Of a stretch of DNA of 64,000 nt, positions 23,479-34,719 are shown piece by piece. Origin of the DNA: a plasmid. Each line of letters starts with the position of its first letter. The stretch's first letter is position 1. The notes beneath the pieces were generated by a model, which did no database searches, was not told the origin of the DNA, and saw only the letters and a program-made list of their open reading frames with translations. Made by a program: the position numbers and the translations under genes. Location: the sequence record CP033547.1. One strand, 5' to 3'.

Positions 23479-23688
23479 GCAGCACAAATTGAAAAATATA
23501 AAAATCAAAAACTTATGATATAAATTATTTGCTCGATGATGTTCAAAAGCCGACTTGGAAACAAGTCGGCTTTTTTTATGAGCAGTTTTGATAGTTCTTG
23601 CCAATAAATTTGACTAAAAATTACGCTTCTCAACTTGAGTTATACAATTTTGTGATACATTATTGTATATACAAATTTGAATGTTTTT

Positions 23689-23978
23689 TATGGAACAGTA
23701 TTTTTGAATGGGATGAGGCTAAGAATCGAAAGAATCAGAAAAAGCATGATATCTCTTTCGAAACTGCAAGCCTTGTTTTTGAAGATCCATTACGGATCTC
23801 AATCCAAGACAGACATACCGATGGTGAAGAACGTTGGCAAACCATTGGACGAGTTAAAGGCGTACTAATGTTATTGGTGGCTCACACCATTTTTGATGAA
23901 GATGACTGTGAAATCATACGAATCATTAGTGCAAGGCAAGTGACTAAAGCGGAGCGAAACAAATATGAGCATGGTTAG
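23689..23978 (+). CDS. brnT: BrnT toxin (DUF497/RelE-fold), with a +1 frameshift in a T run near 23703
   Basis: Reconstructed MEQYFEWDEAKNRKNQKKHDISFETASLVFEDP... Confidence 0.65.
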
Positions 23979-24306
23979 ATACTCACGCAAAGAGCTGAAT
24001 GAGAAATTTGGTGAGAAGCAAGATGCTGAAATTCAACGCTTGCTTGCTAAAGGCACGGTTCCTGATGATCAGCTAGATCTATCAGATATTCCTGAAATTA
24101 CCGATTGGAGCAGTGCTGTACGCCAAAATCAATTTTACCGCCCAGTGAAGCAACAAACTTCAATTCGGTTAGATGCTGATGTACTTGCTTGGTTCAAAGC
24201 ACAAGGCAAAGGTTATCAAACACGAATGAATGAAATTTTACGGGATGCTATGCTGAAAGAATTAAAAATCATCAATAAAAATGGGAGCTTAAGCTCCCAT
24301 TTTTGA
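23965..24306 (+). CDS. brnA: BrnA antitoxin (CopG/RHH family)
   Basis: Partner of brnT, with overlapping start. A terminator hairpin lies at its 3' end. Confidence 0.65.
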   Translation: MSMVRYSRKELNEKFGEKQDAEIQRLLAKGTVPDDQLDLSDIPEITDWSSAVRQNQFYRPVKQQTSIRLDADVLAWFKAQGKGYQTRMNEILRDAMLKELKIINKNGSLSSHF

Positions 24307-24333
24307 CTTCGCATAACGCCCATTATGTTAATT
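24306..24333. other. pdif site XerC/XerD (ACTTCGCATAA-cgccca-TTATGTTAATT)
   Basis: Direct reading of the sequence. Confidence 0.7.
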
Positions 24334-24366
24334 TTAGTTTTCCTTAATACGACAAAAATATCTACT

Positions 24367-24898
24367 TCATTTCACGAGAATTTCTTTTGCTAAAAGTTCT
24401 TCTTTCGTTACACCGAAATATCTTATTTCTAATTTAGGCCTGCCTAACATCTTTAAAAGATTGTTTTCATCATTTATATTTTTTATAGCTTTGCTTACAC
24501 AATCAATTACGTCATTAGTTTTAGAAATAGCTTCTTTTTCAGATACTTGATCGCTTACTTTTCGAGATATTAAGTCATCAAAATATATCCTATATTCTTC
24601 ACAAACTAGATAAAAATAAGGGTCTAATCTATCTAAATCATATTCAGATTCAAAGGGTTTACGATCTAATAAATCTTTTTCAGGATAAATAATCAATTGT
24701 CCTGCATCGAACCAAAACTCCACAGAAAAAATTATCAAACTCAATTCCATTTAAATCATTACTAAAATTTTGAAAATACTGTAATAAAAGATTTTCTATA
24801 TCCTCTAAAAACTCTTTATTCTTAATATCAAATATTAAAGATTCATTAGAAATAGCTTTGATACAATCTTCTTGAATATCTAACCCCTTTAAAGTCAT
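24367..24898 (-). CDS. Hypothetical protein (probably a single frameshifted gene) forming an orphan pdif module
   Basis: Two overlapping ORFs (24367..24750 and 24680..24898) between two pdif sites. Confidence 0.35.
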
Positions 24899-24948
24899 TT
24901 TTACTCCATTTAAATTTTTAGGTTTTGGTGCATTAAGAATTTTGATTA

Positions 24949-24976
24949 ACTTAACATAATGGCGGTTATACGAAAT
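24949..24976. other. pdif site XerD/XerC (ACTTAACATAA-tggcgg-TTATACGAAAT)
   Basis: Direct reading of the sequence. Confidence 0.7.
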
Positions 24977-25040
24977 TCACCGTTTCGAGCCCCAAATATC
25001 AAGTTTATTTCTTGCATAAATGTATCCTATAGGATACATT

Positions 25041-25349
25041 CTACTTATGTACTCAATATATACCACTGAAGTCTTTGATGACTGGTTCACCAAGTTAAAA
25101 GACCAGCAGGCAAAAAGACGCATACAAGTCCGAATTGATCGGGTTGAAGATGGAAACTTTGGAGATACTGAGCCGGTCGGTGAAGGTGTTTCTGAATTAC
25201 GTTTCTTCTTTGGGCCAGGCTATAGGATTTATTACTGCAAGCAAGGGCAAAGGGTTGTTATTCTTTTAGCAGGCGGAGATAAGTCTACGCAAAGTAAAGA
25301 TATAAAACTTGCCCTGCAATTGGCACAAGATTTAGAGGAGGAGCTATAA
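25041..25349 (+). CDS. RelE/HigB-like addiction-module killer toxin
   Basis: MYSIYTTEVFDDWFTKLKD...VVILLAGGDKSTQSKDI, typical of killer proteins paired with an HTH antidote. Confidence 0.65.
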   Translation, partial: LLMYSIYTTEVFDDWFTKLKDQQAKRRIQVRIDRVEDGNFGDTEPVGEGVSELRFFFGPGYRIYYCKQGQRVVILLAGGDKSTQSKDIKLALQLAQDLEEEL

Positions 25350-25631
25350 ATGGCTATTAAACTTCGCAAATGGGACAGTGCTGAGCATCTTAAAACAGAG
25401 GATGATATGCAGGCTTACTTACAAGCATGTATTGAAGAATCTAATGGCGATGCCGCATTCATTGCAAAGGCTTTAGGTAACATTGCAAAAGCTAAAGGAA
25501 TGGCTCAATTATCACGAGATACAGGCTTAGGCCGAGAAAGTCTTTATAAAGCACTTTCTGGTGATGTTAACCCTAGTTTTGATACTGTGATTAAAGTTGT
25601 AAAAGCACTGAATTTACGCTTAGCAATTTAA
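25350..25631 (+). CDS. Addiction-module antidote / HigA-like HTH antitoxin
   Basis: Follows the toxin immediately (ATG at 25350 overlaps the toxin stop). Confidence 0.6.
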   Translation: MAIKLRKWDSAEHLKTEDDMQAYLQACIEESNGDAAFIAKALGNIAKAKGMAQLSRDTGLGRESLYKALSGDVNPSFDTVIKVVKALNLRLAI

Positions 25632-25672
25632 AAAGTTATTAAAAAATGGAGCTTTAGGCTCCATTTTTTTAA

Positions 25673-25700
25673 TTCTCGTATAAGGTGTATTATGTTAATT
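25673..25700. other. pdif site XerC/XerD (TTCTCGTATAA-ggtgta-TTATGTTAATT)
   Basis: Direct reading of the sequence. Confidence 0.65.
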
Positions 25701-25710
25701 TTAGAAATTC

Positions 25711-26136
25711 TTAATTTCCATCTATCCAAACTTGCTTGATCCAATCTGCTAAATCTTCCCACTGCTCATCGCTATATCCATCTGCTGTCCAATATCTAAT
25801 TTTATGATTAGGAGATAGGCAATAATAACTACCATTATCTTCACAAATAGGTAGCCAATCTTCTGGCAGACCTTGCTCCCTAGCATCATTTAATATCTGA
25901 GATAGCCCTCGATAGCATTCTTTCTCATCTGTAAGAGACGCTAATTCAATTGTTCCATAAAAGATATTGCTAATCTCTTTCAAAACTTTTTTATAATCTT
26001 TTGGAAAAATAAAACCTATTTTTCGTTCATAAGCAGATATGAAAATATCATCAGGTAGTTCTATGTTTAGACGACTATTCCCAGATAGTTCTTTTAATTC
26101 TTGAATAATGTTATCAAGCTTATTTTGCATATACAT
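25711..26136 (-). CDS. SMI1/KNR4-family protein
   Basis: 141-aa protein with an SMI1/KNR4-like sequence. Sits in its own pdif module. Confidence 0.5.
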   Translation of the reverse strand: MYMQNKLDNIIQELKELSGNSRLNIELPDDIFISAYERKIGFIFPKDYKKVLKEISNIFYGTIELASLTDEKECYRGLSQILNDAREQGLPEDWLPICEDNGSYYCLSPNHKIRYWTADGYSDEQWEDLADWIKQVWIDGN

Positions 26137-26167
26137 TCTGCTCTATCGCATTAAAGTTCTTACTACA

Positions 26168-26195
26168 ATTTAACATAATGGCTGTTATGCGAAAC
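26168..26195. other. pdif site XerD/XerC (ATTTAACATAA-tggctg-TTATGCGAAAC)
   Basis: Direct reading of the sequence. Confidence 0.65.
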
Positions 26196-26269
26196 GAGAT
26201 CTACCAGCTCTCGTTTTTGTTATGGAAACTGCTAAAATTCAAATACGCCATTGACGTATAAAGAGTCCA

Positions 26270-26590
26270 TGTTATTTATTGAAACCAGCATCTTTACCAA
26301 GCAAATTAAAGACCTTGTATCTGATGAGGAATATCGTCAACTTCAGCAAGATCTTTTTGGTACAGCCTGATAGAGGTGACCTAATCAAGAATGGCGGTGG
26401 TATTCGCAAAGTACGTTGTGCTCAAGGTAACAAAGGGAAAAGTGGTGGGATACGGGTGATTTATTATTGGGTCACCGAGGATGATCAGATCTTTTTCTTA
26501 GTGGCTTATCCAAAATCAGTAAAAGATAATTTAACAGATAAGGAAACCGCCATTCTGCACCAACTCGTGAAGGAGCAATTTCATGGATAA
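26270..26590 (+). CDS. higB: HigB-type toxin (RelE family), frameshifted near 26360
   Basis: N-terminus MLFIETSIFTKQIKDLVSDEEYRQLQQDL in one frame, then QPDRGDLIKNGGGIRKVRCAQGNKGKSGGIRVIYYW in ORF 26279..26590. Confidence 0.65.
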   Translation, partial: CYLLKPASLPSKLKTLYLMRNIVNFSKIFLVQPDRGDLIKNGGGIRKVRCAQGNKGKSGGIRVIYYWVTEDDQIFFLVAYPKSVKDNLTDKETAILHQLVKEQFHG

Positions 26591-26855
26591 CAACTTATTT
26601 GATGACTTGGTTGCTTCAATCAAAGAAGCTGGAGCTATCAAACGTAAAGAAGTTAAAGCAAGCCGAGTTACAGAACTCGAATTGCCTGATATTAAAGAAG
26701 TACGTGAAAAAACTGGCTTGAGCCAAAATGAATTTGCTGCACGTCTACATATTAGCCCCCGTACCCTGCAAAATTGGGAACAGGGACGACGCTATCCAAC
26801 TGGACCAGCAGCTACATTGATTCGAATTTTAGATGCTCACCCAAGCCTTATTTGA
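26583..26855 (+). CDS. higA: HigA antitoxin (XRE HTH)
   Basis: HTH LSQNEFAARLHISPRTLQNWEQGRR. Confidence 0.7.
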   Translation: MDNNLFDDLVASIKEAGAIKRKEVKASRVTELELPDIKEVREKTGLSQNEFAARLHISPRTLQNWEQGRRYPTGPAATLIRILDAHPSLI

Positions 26856-26895
26856 AAAATTACTTAAAAAATGGGAGCTTAAGGCTCCCATTTTT

Positions 26896-26923
26896 ATTTC
26901 GTATAAGGTGTATTATGTTAATT
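26896..26923. other. pdif site XerC/XerD (ATTTCGTATAA-ggtgta-TTATGTTAATT), preceded by a terminator hairpin at 26871-26897
   Basis: Direct reading of the sequence. Confidence 0.75.
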
Positions 26924-27271
26924 TTAGAAAATCTTCACTACTATTATTTTAAAATAAGCCTTATATCCAAGCATAAAACAAGGTTGTCTAGACTTCTTTT
27001 AACAGTAAAGTTATCATAAAACTGAATTTTTATTTTTTAGGTAAGTTTATGCATTCTATCCGCATTCGTTAAGACACAACTATTTGCATAGTGACACTAT
27101 TTTATAATGGTGGGCTTTTGTTGTGTCTTTAAGAATATATGCGGATATATAAAGTAAAAGTATGCTTAATTTATAAGTATGCTTTTAGTGCATAGTTTCC
27201 AGTTATAACTTAATTGACTAGCTATTTGTCCACCCTGTGGATGAATAGCTTTTTTTTGGGAGGACACTGTG

Positions 27272-27331
27272 ATGCTAGCTTTTGTTTTTCACCTAAATCC
27301 TGTTTGCTGCATAAAAAATTTCAAGAGCTAA
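27272..27331 (+). promoter_or_regulatory. msr(E) leader peptide ORF (MLAFVFHLNPVCCIKNFKS) / attenuator region
   Basis: 19-codon ORF 16 bp upstream of msr(E), like the leader peptides of macrolide-resistance genes. Confidence 0.5.
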
Positions 27332-27347
27332 ACAGGAGTAAATAAAA

Positions 27348-28822
27348 ATGAGTTTAATTATTAAAGCGAGAAACATACGCTTGGATTATGCTGGGCGTGA
27401 TGTTTTGGATATTGATGAATTGGAAATTCACTCTTATGACCGTATTGGTCTTGTGGGTGATAACGGAGCAGGAAAGAGTAGTTTACTCAAAGTACTTAAT
27501 GGCGAAATTGTTTTAGCCGAAGCGACATTACAGCGTTTTGGTGATTTTGCACATATCAGCCAACTGGGCGGAATCGAAATAGAAACGGTCGAAGACCGGG
27601 CAATGTTATCTCGCCTTGGTGTTTCCAATGTACAAAACGACACAATGAGTGGCGGAGAGGAAACTCGTGCAAAAATTGCTGCCGCATTTTCCCAACAAGT
27701 ACATGGCATTCTAGCGGATGAACCAACCAGCCACCTTGATCTCAATGGAATAGATCTACTTATTGGTCAACTTAAAGCATTTGATGGAGCATTACTTGTT
27801 ATCAGTCATGACCGATATTTTCTTGATATGGTTGTAGACAAGATATGGGAGTTAAAAGACGGTAAAATTACGGAATATTGGGGTGGTTACTCGGATTACT
27901 TGCGTCAAAAAGAAGAAGAGCGACAACACCAAGCCGTAGAATATGAGCTGATGATGAAGGAACGGGAGCGATTAGAATCTGCTGTGCAAGAAAAACGCCA
28001 GCAAGCTAATCGATTAGACAATAAGAAAAAAGGAGAAAAATCCAAAAACTCTACCGAAAGTGCTGGACGACTTGGGCATGCAAAAATGACTGGCACCAAG
28101 CAAAGAAAACTGTATCAGGCAGCTAAGAGTATGGAAAAGCGTTTGGCTGCATTAGAAGATATTCAAGCACCAGAGCATTTGCGTTCTATTCGTTTTCGTC
28201 AAAGTTCAGCCCTAGAACTGCACAATAAGTTCCCGATTACGGCAGATGGTCTGAGCTTAAAATTTGGTAGCCGTACTATCTTTGATGACGCTAACTTTAT
28301 AATACCGCTTGGCGCTAAAGTCGCTATAACTGGATCGAATGGAACAGGGAAAACGTCCTTGTTAAAAATGATATCAGAACGTGCTGATGGATTAACCATA
28401 TCTCCAAAAGCTGAAATTGGCTACTTTACACAAACAGGATATAAATTTAACACGCATAAATCTGTGCTCTCCTTTATGCAGGAAGAGTGCGAGTACACAG
28501 TTGCGGAAATTCGTGCAGTATTGGCTTCAATGGGGATCGGAGCGAATGATATTCAAAAAACTTATCCGACTTATCGGGAGGTGAAATCATCAAACTGCTT
28601 TTATCCAAAATGCTTTTAGGAAAATATAATATTTTGCTTATGGATGAACCATGAAACTATCTTGACCTAAAAAGTATTGCCGCATTAGAAACAATGATGA
28701 AGTCCTATGCAGGAACTATTATCTTCGTATCTCATGACAAGCAATTGGTCGATAATATTGCTGACATTATCTACGAGATCAAAGACCACAAAATCATCAA
28801 GACTTTTGAGAGAGATTGTTAA
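27348..28822 (+). pseudogene. msr(E): ABC-F ribosomal protection protein Msr(E), disrupted by a 1-bp deletion near 28566 and an in-frame TGA at 28652-28654
   Basis: First 405 aa match Msr(E) ([45 protein letters not shown]...). The remainder ([34 protein letters not shown]...KTFERDC) is in another frame. Confidence 0.85.
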
Positions 28823-28877
28823 TGATAGCCAATCTAATCCGAACATTAATTATTGAACTCTTTAAAGGAAATTAAAA

Positions 28878-29765
28878 ATGACAATTCAAGATATTCAATC
28901 ACTTGCTGGAAGCACACGGCTTGTTGCTTACGGACAAAATGAATTTCAAATGAAATGGGCATTGATTTTAAGGTCGTTTTTGCTCTTGATACAAAGGGGC
29001 AACAATGGTTGCTGCGTATTCCTCGTCGTGATGGCATGAGGGAACAAATCAAGAAAGAAAAACGCATTTTAGAATTGGTAAAAAAACATCTTTCTGTAGA
29101 GGTTCCTGATTGGAGAATTTCATCTACAGAATTAGTGGCTTATCCCATACTTAAAGATAATCCTGTTTTTAAATTTGGATGCTGAAACCTATGAAATAAT
29201 TTGGAATATGGACAAAGATAGCCCGAAATACATAACATCTTTGGCAAAAACCTTATTTGAAATCCATAGTATTCCTGAAAAAGAAGTTCGGGAAAATGAT
29301 TTGAAAATTATGAAACCTTCAGATTTAAGACCTGAAATAGCAAACAATTTGCAGTTAGTAAAATCTGAAATTGGTATAAGTGAGCAATTGGAAACCCGCT
29401 ACAGAAAATGGTTGGATAATGATGTTCTATGGGCAGATTTCACCCAATTTATACATGGCGATTTATATGCTGGGCATGTACTAGCTTCAAAGGATGGAGC
29501 TGTTTCAGGCGTTATTGATTGGTCAACAGCCCATATAGATGACCCAGCGATTGATTTTGCTGGGCATGTAACTTTGTTTGGAGAAGAAAGCCTCAAAACT
29601 CTAATCATCGAGTATGAAAAACTAGGGGGTAAAGTTTGGAATAAACTATATGAACAGACTTTAGAAAGAGCAGCGGCCTCTCCTTTGATGTATGGTTTAT
29701 TTGCCTTAGAAACTCAAAATGAAAGCCTTATCGTTGGAGCAAAAGCTCAGTTGGGAGTTATATAA
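28878..29765 (+). pseudogene. mph(E): Macrolide 2'-phosphotransferase Mph(E), with three or more +1 frameshifts near 28890, 28950 and 29160
   Basis: MTIQDIQSLA...MGIDFKVVFALDTKGQQWLLRIPRRDGMREQIKKEK...HGDLYAGHVL matches Mph(E) across three frames. Confidence 0.85.
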
Positions 29766-29876
29766 TTTAAAAATATGATTGCTGAGAACTGCCTTGTTTT
29801 GAAACTTGGTTGGCTTTAATTAGTTTTTAGTATTCTTTATAGAAAATGCCTCGATCAAGGGGCATTTCTAACAATC

Positions 29877-29904
29877 ATTTAACATAAAATTTCTTATGTG
29901 AAGT
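29877..29904. other. pdif site XerD/XerC (ATTTAACATAA-aatttc-TTATGTGAAGT), preceded by terminator hairpin 29843-29869
   Basis: Direct reading of the sequence. Confidence 0.6.
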
Positions 29905-29910
29905 AACCTG

Positions 29911-31397
29911 TGTAAGCCCAAAATAGAAATGTCCGGTTTCTCCAAAGTAAAAAATGTCCGCTTTTAGAATATGCGCTTTTGCAATTTCCTTAGCGGACGG
30001 TTTGATATGTTGGTGTCTATGTCGGATAAAGAACTTAAACGATTGTCGGTCTTGCAAGAAATCTGTGATCAACGTATAACTCAATCCCAGGCTGCTCAGC
30101 TACTTCATATCTCAGAACGTCACATCAGACGCTTACTGCAGAAATACAAAGCTCAAGGTCCCGCTGCATTAGCCCATGCCGGTCGTGGCCAAATCAGCAA
30201 TTCTAAACTTCCTGAAGAACTCAGACTTAAGTGTCTCAATATTGTTTCAGATCAACTTTATGGTTTCGGACCCACTTTAGCGCATGAAAAGCTCACCACC
30301 GTGCATGGATTCGATCTTTCAGTAGAAACCCTGCGTTCCTTGGATGATTGCAGCCGATTTATGGATCCCTCGCTGCAAGCGCCTGAAACGACCATATCAG
30401 CCTCGTTATAACCGAGATTGTTATGGTGAATTGATCCAAATTGATGGCTCACACCATGATTGGTTTGAAGGTCGAGCACCTAAATGCTGTCTGCTAGTAT
30501 TCATCGATGATGCCACAGGAAAATTGCAGCATTTACGCTTCTGTGCGTCAGAGTCAGCCTTTGACTATATGATTTCGACACGTTTATATATCGAACAGCA
30601 TGGTAAGCCATTGGCATTTTACAGTGACAAACATTCAGTTTTTAGGGTGAATCAAAGTAGCAAGAAAGACACCAAGATTACCCAGTTTGGACGTGTTCTG
30701 AGCACTCTCAATATCGATATCATTTTCGCTAACTCCCCTCAAAGCCAAAGGTCGTGTAGAACGAGCGAATAGAACACTTCCAGGATCGTCTGATTAAGGA
30801 GATGCGTCTAGAAGGCATCAGTTCAATTGCAGATGCCAATAAGTGGCTGCCGTGCTTTATTGAGCAATTTAATCGTAAATTCGCCAAGATGGCTTTTAAT
30901 TCCAAGGATCTACATCGGCCTATCGCTGAAACAGCCGAAGAATTAGATGATGTTTTTACCTGGCGTGAACCCCGCAGGGTCACGAACAGCTTGACGATTA
31001 CTTATGATAAATGCGTATATATCTTGGAAAACAGCGAAGAAAATCAAAGATTGGGCGGCAAGTATCTTGAGTTCCTTGGAATATCCGGATGGTACTGTAG
31101 CCATTGAATATCAGGGAAGAAAAATCAATTACAGCATCTTTGATAAATTAAGTCAGCTCAACCAGCGAGAGATCGTTGAGAATAAACGTTTGGGTTCTGT
31201 GCTGGCACATATTCAACAACAGCATGAACAACTGGAACACCAAAACAAACGCAATCGTTCTCAAAAGATGCCACGTAGACAAGCACAGAAAACAGCGATT
31301 GAACAACGAAATCTAAATCCTGTGTTTGACTTGGAAATGTCCATATAGGACATTTCTATTTGGTTATTAGGTAGGACATTTCTACTTGGGAATAACA
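29911..31397 (+). mobile_element. IS1202-group (ISAjo2-like) IS, 1487 bp, inserted about 5 bp from the XerC arm of a pdif site
   Basis: Same IRs as the copy at 20394. The transposase is split over four ORFs (29971..31348). Confidence 0.8.
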
Positions 31398-31450
31398 ACA
31401 GATGCTTTTTAAATTGTGTTATAATTCAGTATGCTAACACCTAGTTTACA

Positions 31451-31482
31451 GCCCACTCACCCTCGAGTGGGCTTTTTTTATG
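31451..31482 (+). terminator. Rho-independent terminator (cagcccactcaccctcgagtgggcttttttt)
   Basis: GC-rich hairpin plus T7. Confidence 0.6.
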
Positions 31483-31782
31483 ATTTTTCACGTTCCACGC
31501 CTATTCTTTAATCAATGTTCCACGGTTTTATTTAATGTTGCTGAACAATCAATGGATACCAGTAAAGCCCTTTAGGTCTTCTGTTGCTTCAAATATAAAG
31601 TCTCTACGATCAAGGATTAGACAATCTTTATTGTGTCGTCTGACTGATCTTGTGGCTTTGCTAATATCATGGCAATCCCAAGATTTGGGATAATACTTTA
31701 TTAAAGAACGGACAATCTTGTTTTTATATTCTGAGGTTTTCTATAATCTTAATTATGTTACATAATCAAGATTGATAATAAA

Positions 31783-32300
31783 AATGACGCAAAATAAGCA
31801 TGGTGGTGCACGCAAAGGTTCTGGCCGTCCTTTTTGTCTATAACGAACCGACCAAGGTCATTCGGGTGCCAGAGTCTCGTGTATTGGAAATCAAGAAATA
31901 CCTGAAAAAAAATGACACTCCAAAGTTTAACGATATTTCCTCTATTACATTGCTTGGAGACAAAAACACATTATGAGATTCCTGTTGCTTTGCAAAAAGT
32001 TGCTGCAGGCTTCCCTTCCCCTGCTCAGGACTATATCGATAAGACCCTTGATCTAAACGAGTTTCTTATTCAAAACCAACAGGCAACCTTTATCGTTGAA
32101 GTGGAATCCTTATCCATGCGTGATGCAGGGATTGATCTGAATGACAAGCTAATCGTTGACCGTAGTATTGAAGCCAAGCATGGGGATATTGTTCTGGCAT
32201 TGATAGACAATGATTTTACGATTAAACGTTTAATGATTGAGGGTAATCAATGCTGGTTGCAGGCGGCTAATCCTGATTTTGCTGATATCTATTTGAAAGA
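31783..32300 (+). pseudogene. umuD: UmuD-like protein (second copy), frameshifted in its N-terminal extension
   Basis: MTQNKHGGARKGSGRPF...EPTKVIRVPESRVLEIKKYL...VAAGFPSPAQDY...SMRDAGI...KRLMIEG. Confidence 0.7.
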
Positions 32301-32329
32301 TAATCAAACCATGCTGATTTGGGGTGGGG

Positions 32330-32798
32330 CAAGTATGTACAGGATGCGGTCATACGTTTACGAGCAGACGCTTCCTTATGTGGATGTGTCATTGCTTTTG
32401 TGCAATCGAATCCTTTTGATTCAAAGGTTCCCTATTACAGTAAATCGTTGGCTTTTGAGTTTCCTGAACCGACGGATTGTGTTTTGGATCTGATTAAAAC
32501 AGCTATGCAACTGCTGGAACACATTTATAAATCTGACGTGAAATATAAAAAGTGTGGTGTAATTCTGACGGATTTAATTGCTAAGCAGCGCTTTACTCCT
32601 GACCTGCTGACGGACCACAGCCAGCGTGAAAGTAATGAAAGCCTCATGCAGACTTTAGAAGCGGTACAGGCGAGATATGGGAAAACTAAATTAGCTGTTG
32701 GCAGCTGCTACTTGCCACAACGAAAGTGGTCCATGAATCGTACCCATTTGACCCAAAACTATTTCAGCTGGCAGGGATTATTAAAGATCAGCCATTAA
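32330..32798 (+). pseudogene. umuC: umuC C-terminal remnant, fused directly after umuD by an internal deletion of most of umuC
   Basis: The 159-aa ORF aligns with the last ~150 aa of UmuC at 57240..57725 (KYKKCGVILTDLIAKQRFTPDLLTDHSQRE). Confidence 0.65.
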
Positions 32799-33051
32799 AT
32801 TAATTAGCCTCACCTATTTGGTTTAAGTCAGCTTAATGAAGAACTCGACACATAAGCCGACACAGGCTTGATCCTCAGTCAACCATTTAACAACGTAAGT
32901 ATGTTGTTTGGGATCCATGTAACACCTCTCGAGGAAAAGGTGGTTAGTAATAAAACTCTGCTCAAGCAAATTTATTGGGTTAACTGTCAGTTTTCACCAT
33001 CTCATGTCCTTTATTTCTAGAACATTCTAGACTTTTCTCGACCTAGAATTT

Positions 33052-33246
33052 TTATTCTTTAAAGGTGTCATTCAACGCCTGTTGCACAGCATCAATACGT
33101 AATTTGCAGGCTTTATAGGCAGTCATGGACTCTTCAACGATCGCCATAAGGTTATCAATATCCGGTTCTTCCTGAGATTCAAGAAATTCGGCATTTTTCT
33201 TGAGAATTTCATAACCTTTCTTGAAACTTAGTTCTTCATTGTTCAT
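33052..33246 (-). CDS. xseB: Exodeoxyribonuclease VII small subunit
   Basis: 64-aa XseB-like protein directly downstream of xseA. Confidence 0.65.
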   Translation of the reverse strand: MNNEELSFKKGYEILKKNAEFLESQEEPDIDNLMAIVEESMTAYKACKLRIDAVQQALNDTFKE

Positions 33247-34503
33247 GTGCGTTTACCTGTGTCACGGTGGCATCAATGGTGCCATCCTTAAGTTCAATCT
33301 GTAATTGCTGGTCAGTAATCTGCTGTATGGAACGGATGGCTTTGCCTTGGCTACGGACAATTGCATAGCCCTTGGCCATCACATTACGTGGATTCTGTAG
33401 CAAGGTTTCCCTCATCAATGACTCTACCTGCTGTGAAGCTAGTTTAATCTGTTGTTGAGCAAGATACTTAGTATCACTCTTCAGCATATCAACTCTACGT
33501 TGGGCTTCATTGATCTGGTTCTGTGTCAGAGTTTTGATAGTTTTCAGATACTGATCACTCTGGCTCTGGTAGGTGATCAACTGGTGCTGTGACAGTAGCT
33601 TGATGGTCTGCAAAGCAGTACTAACTTCATTGACTCGCTCCACAATCAGGTTACGGATCCCTGCGATCACTTTACTCGGAGTATCAAAGGAACGGTGTGC
33701 AATTTCATCCAAAATAGTGTGGTCTTTCTCGTGGCCAATACCGACCCAGATAGGCACAGTTCTTTTTACACAGCAGTGCGGCCAGATCATAATCATTCAG
33801 GTAAGCTAGGTCATTCACGGCTCCACCACCACGGATAATCACAATAAGGTCTGGTGCTATCAAGTAATCTTGAGCCCACTGTCTTAAGGCACGGCCCAAA
33901 ACCTGAATGATGCTGGCAGAAGCAGTATTACCCTGAAAAGTTGCTGAATGATAAACGAAATGGCAGACACCAGCCTGAGCCAGGGCATCCGCATCTTTTT
34001 AAAGTCACCTAACCCTGCAGCATTTTCCGGTGCAATGACCAAGACATTCTGAATATCAAAGGGTACCGGCAACTGTTTATTGTTATTGAGCAGGCCTTCC
34101 TCAGTCAGTCGCAGCAGAATCTGCTGATAGCGTTTGGCGATGTCTCCTAGAGTAAAGCTAGAGTCGATATCTTCGATATTGACCGAGAAGCCATATTGCG
34201 GATCAAATCTAGCTTTGACCTTGATCAGTACATTCAGGTCTTTCGACAGTTCAATACCACTTTCTCGTTCAAACTTTAGAACTATTTTTGTGCCGTAAAT
34301 TTCCAAATGGTGCCTTTACAACTAGCGATCACCTTATGGCTTTCTTCATCTTTCTCAGCCAACTCAAGATAATAGTGACCGCCTTTAATACTTAAATTAC
34401 GGATCTCAGCCTTGACCCACACTGCCCCATCAAAAGTCAGATGGATGACTTCCTGTACAGTGGCAAGGTATTCACTAAGGCTGAGTTGTTGACGTTCTGA
34501 CAT
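33236..34503 (-). CDS. xseA: Exodeoxyribonuclease VII large subunit, split into 4 ORFs by frameshifts
   Basis: N-terminal OB-fold region, then RGGGAVNDLAYLND and the C-terminal coiled-coil region, spread over successive frames. Confidence 0.65.
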
Positions 34504-34719
34504 GATGTAAAGGATAGCTAAAATATAAGGAGGTGAGATTTAACCTAATATTGATCAATTCTACTGCAAATCAGATGAGTTTATTGCAATTTTGAGAAAT
34601 GTATAAGTTCTTCTTAGACACCTAGAGTGATCATTGAGATTTTTAGTTTAATTATACTTTTATATTAAAATAGATATATAATCAATAAAATCATTATATT
34701 TTACTATTTTAATAAAATT

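Noticed and set aside
27434-28399. Antisense ORFs (27434..27745, 27905..28099, 28199..28399) inside msr(E)
   Set aside because: They lie antisense within a well-recognised gene and are spurious.
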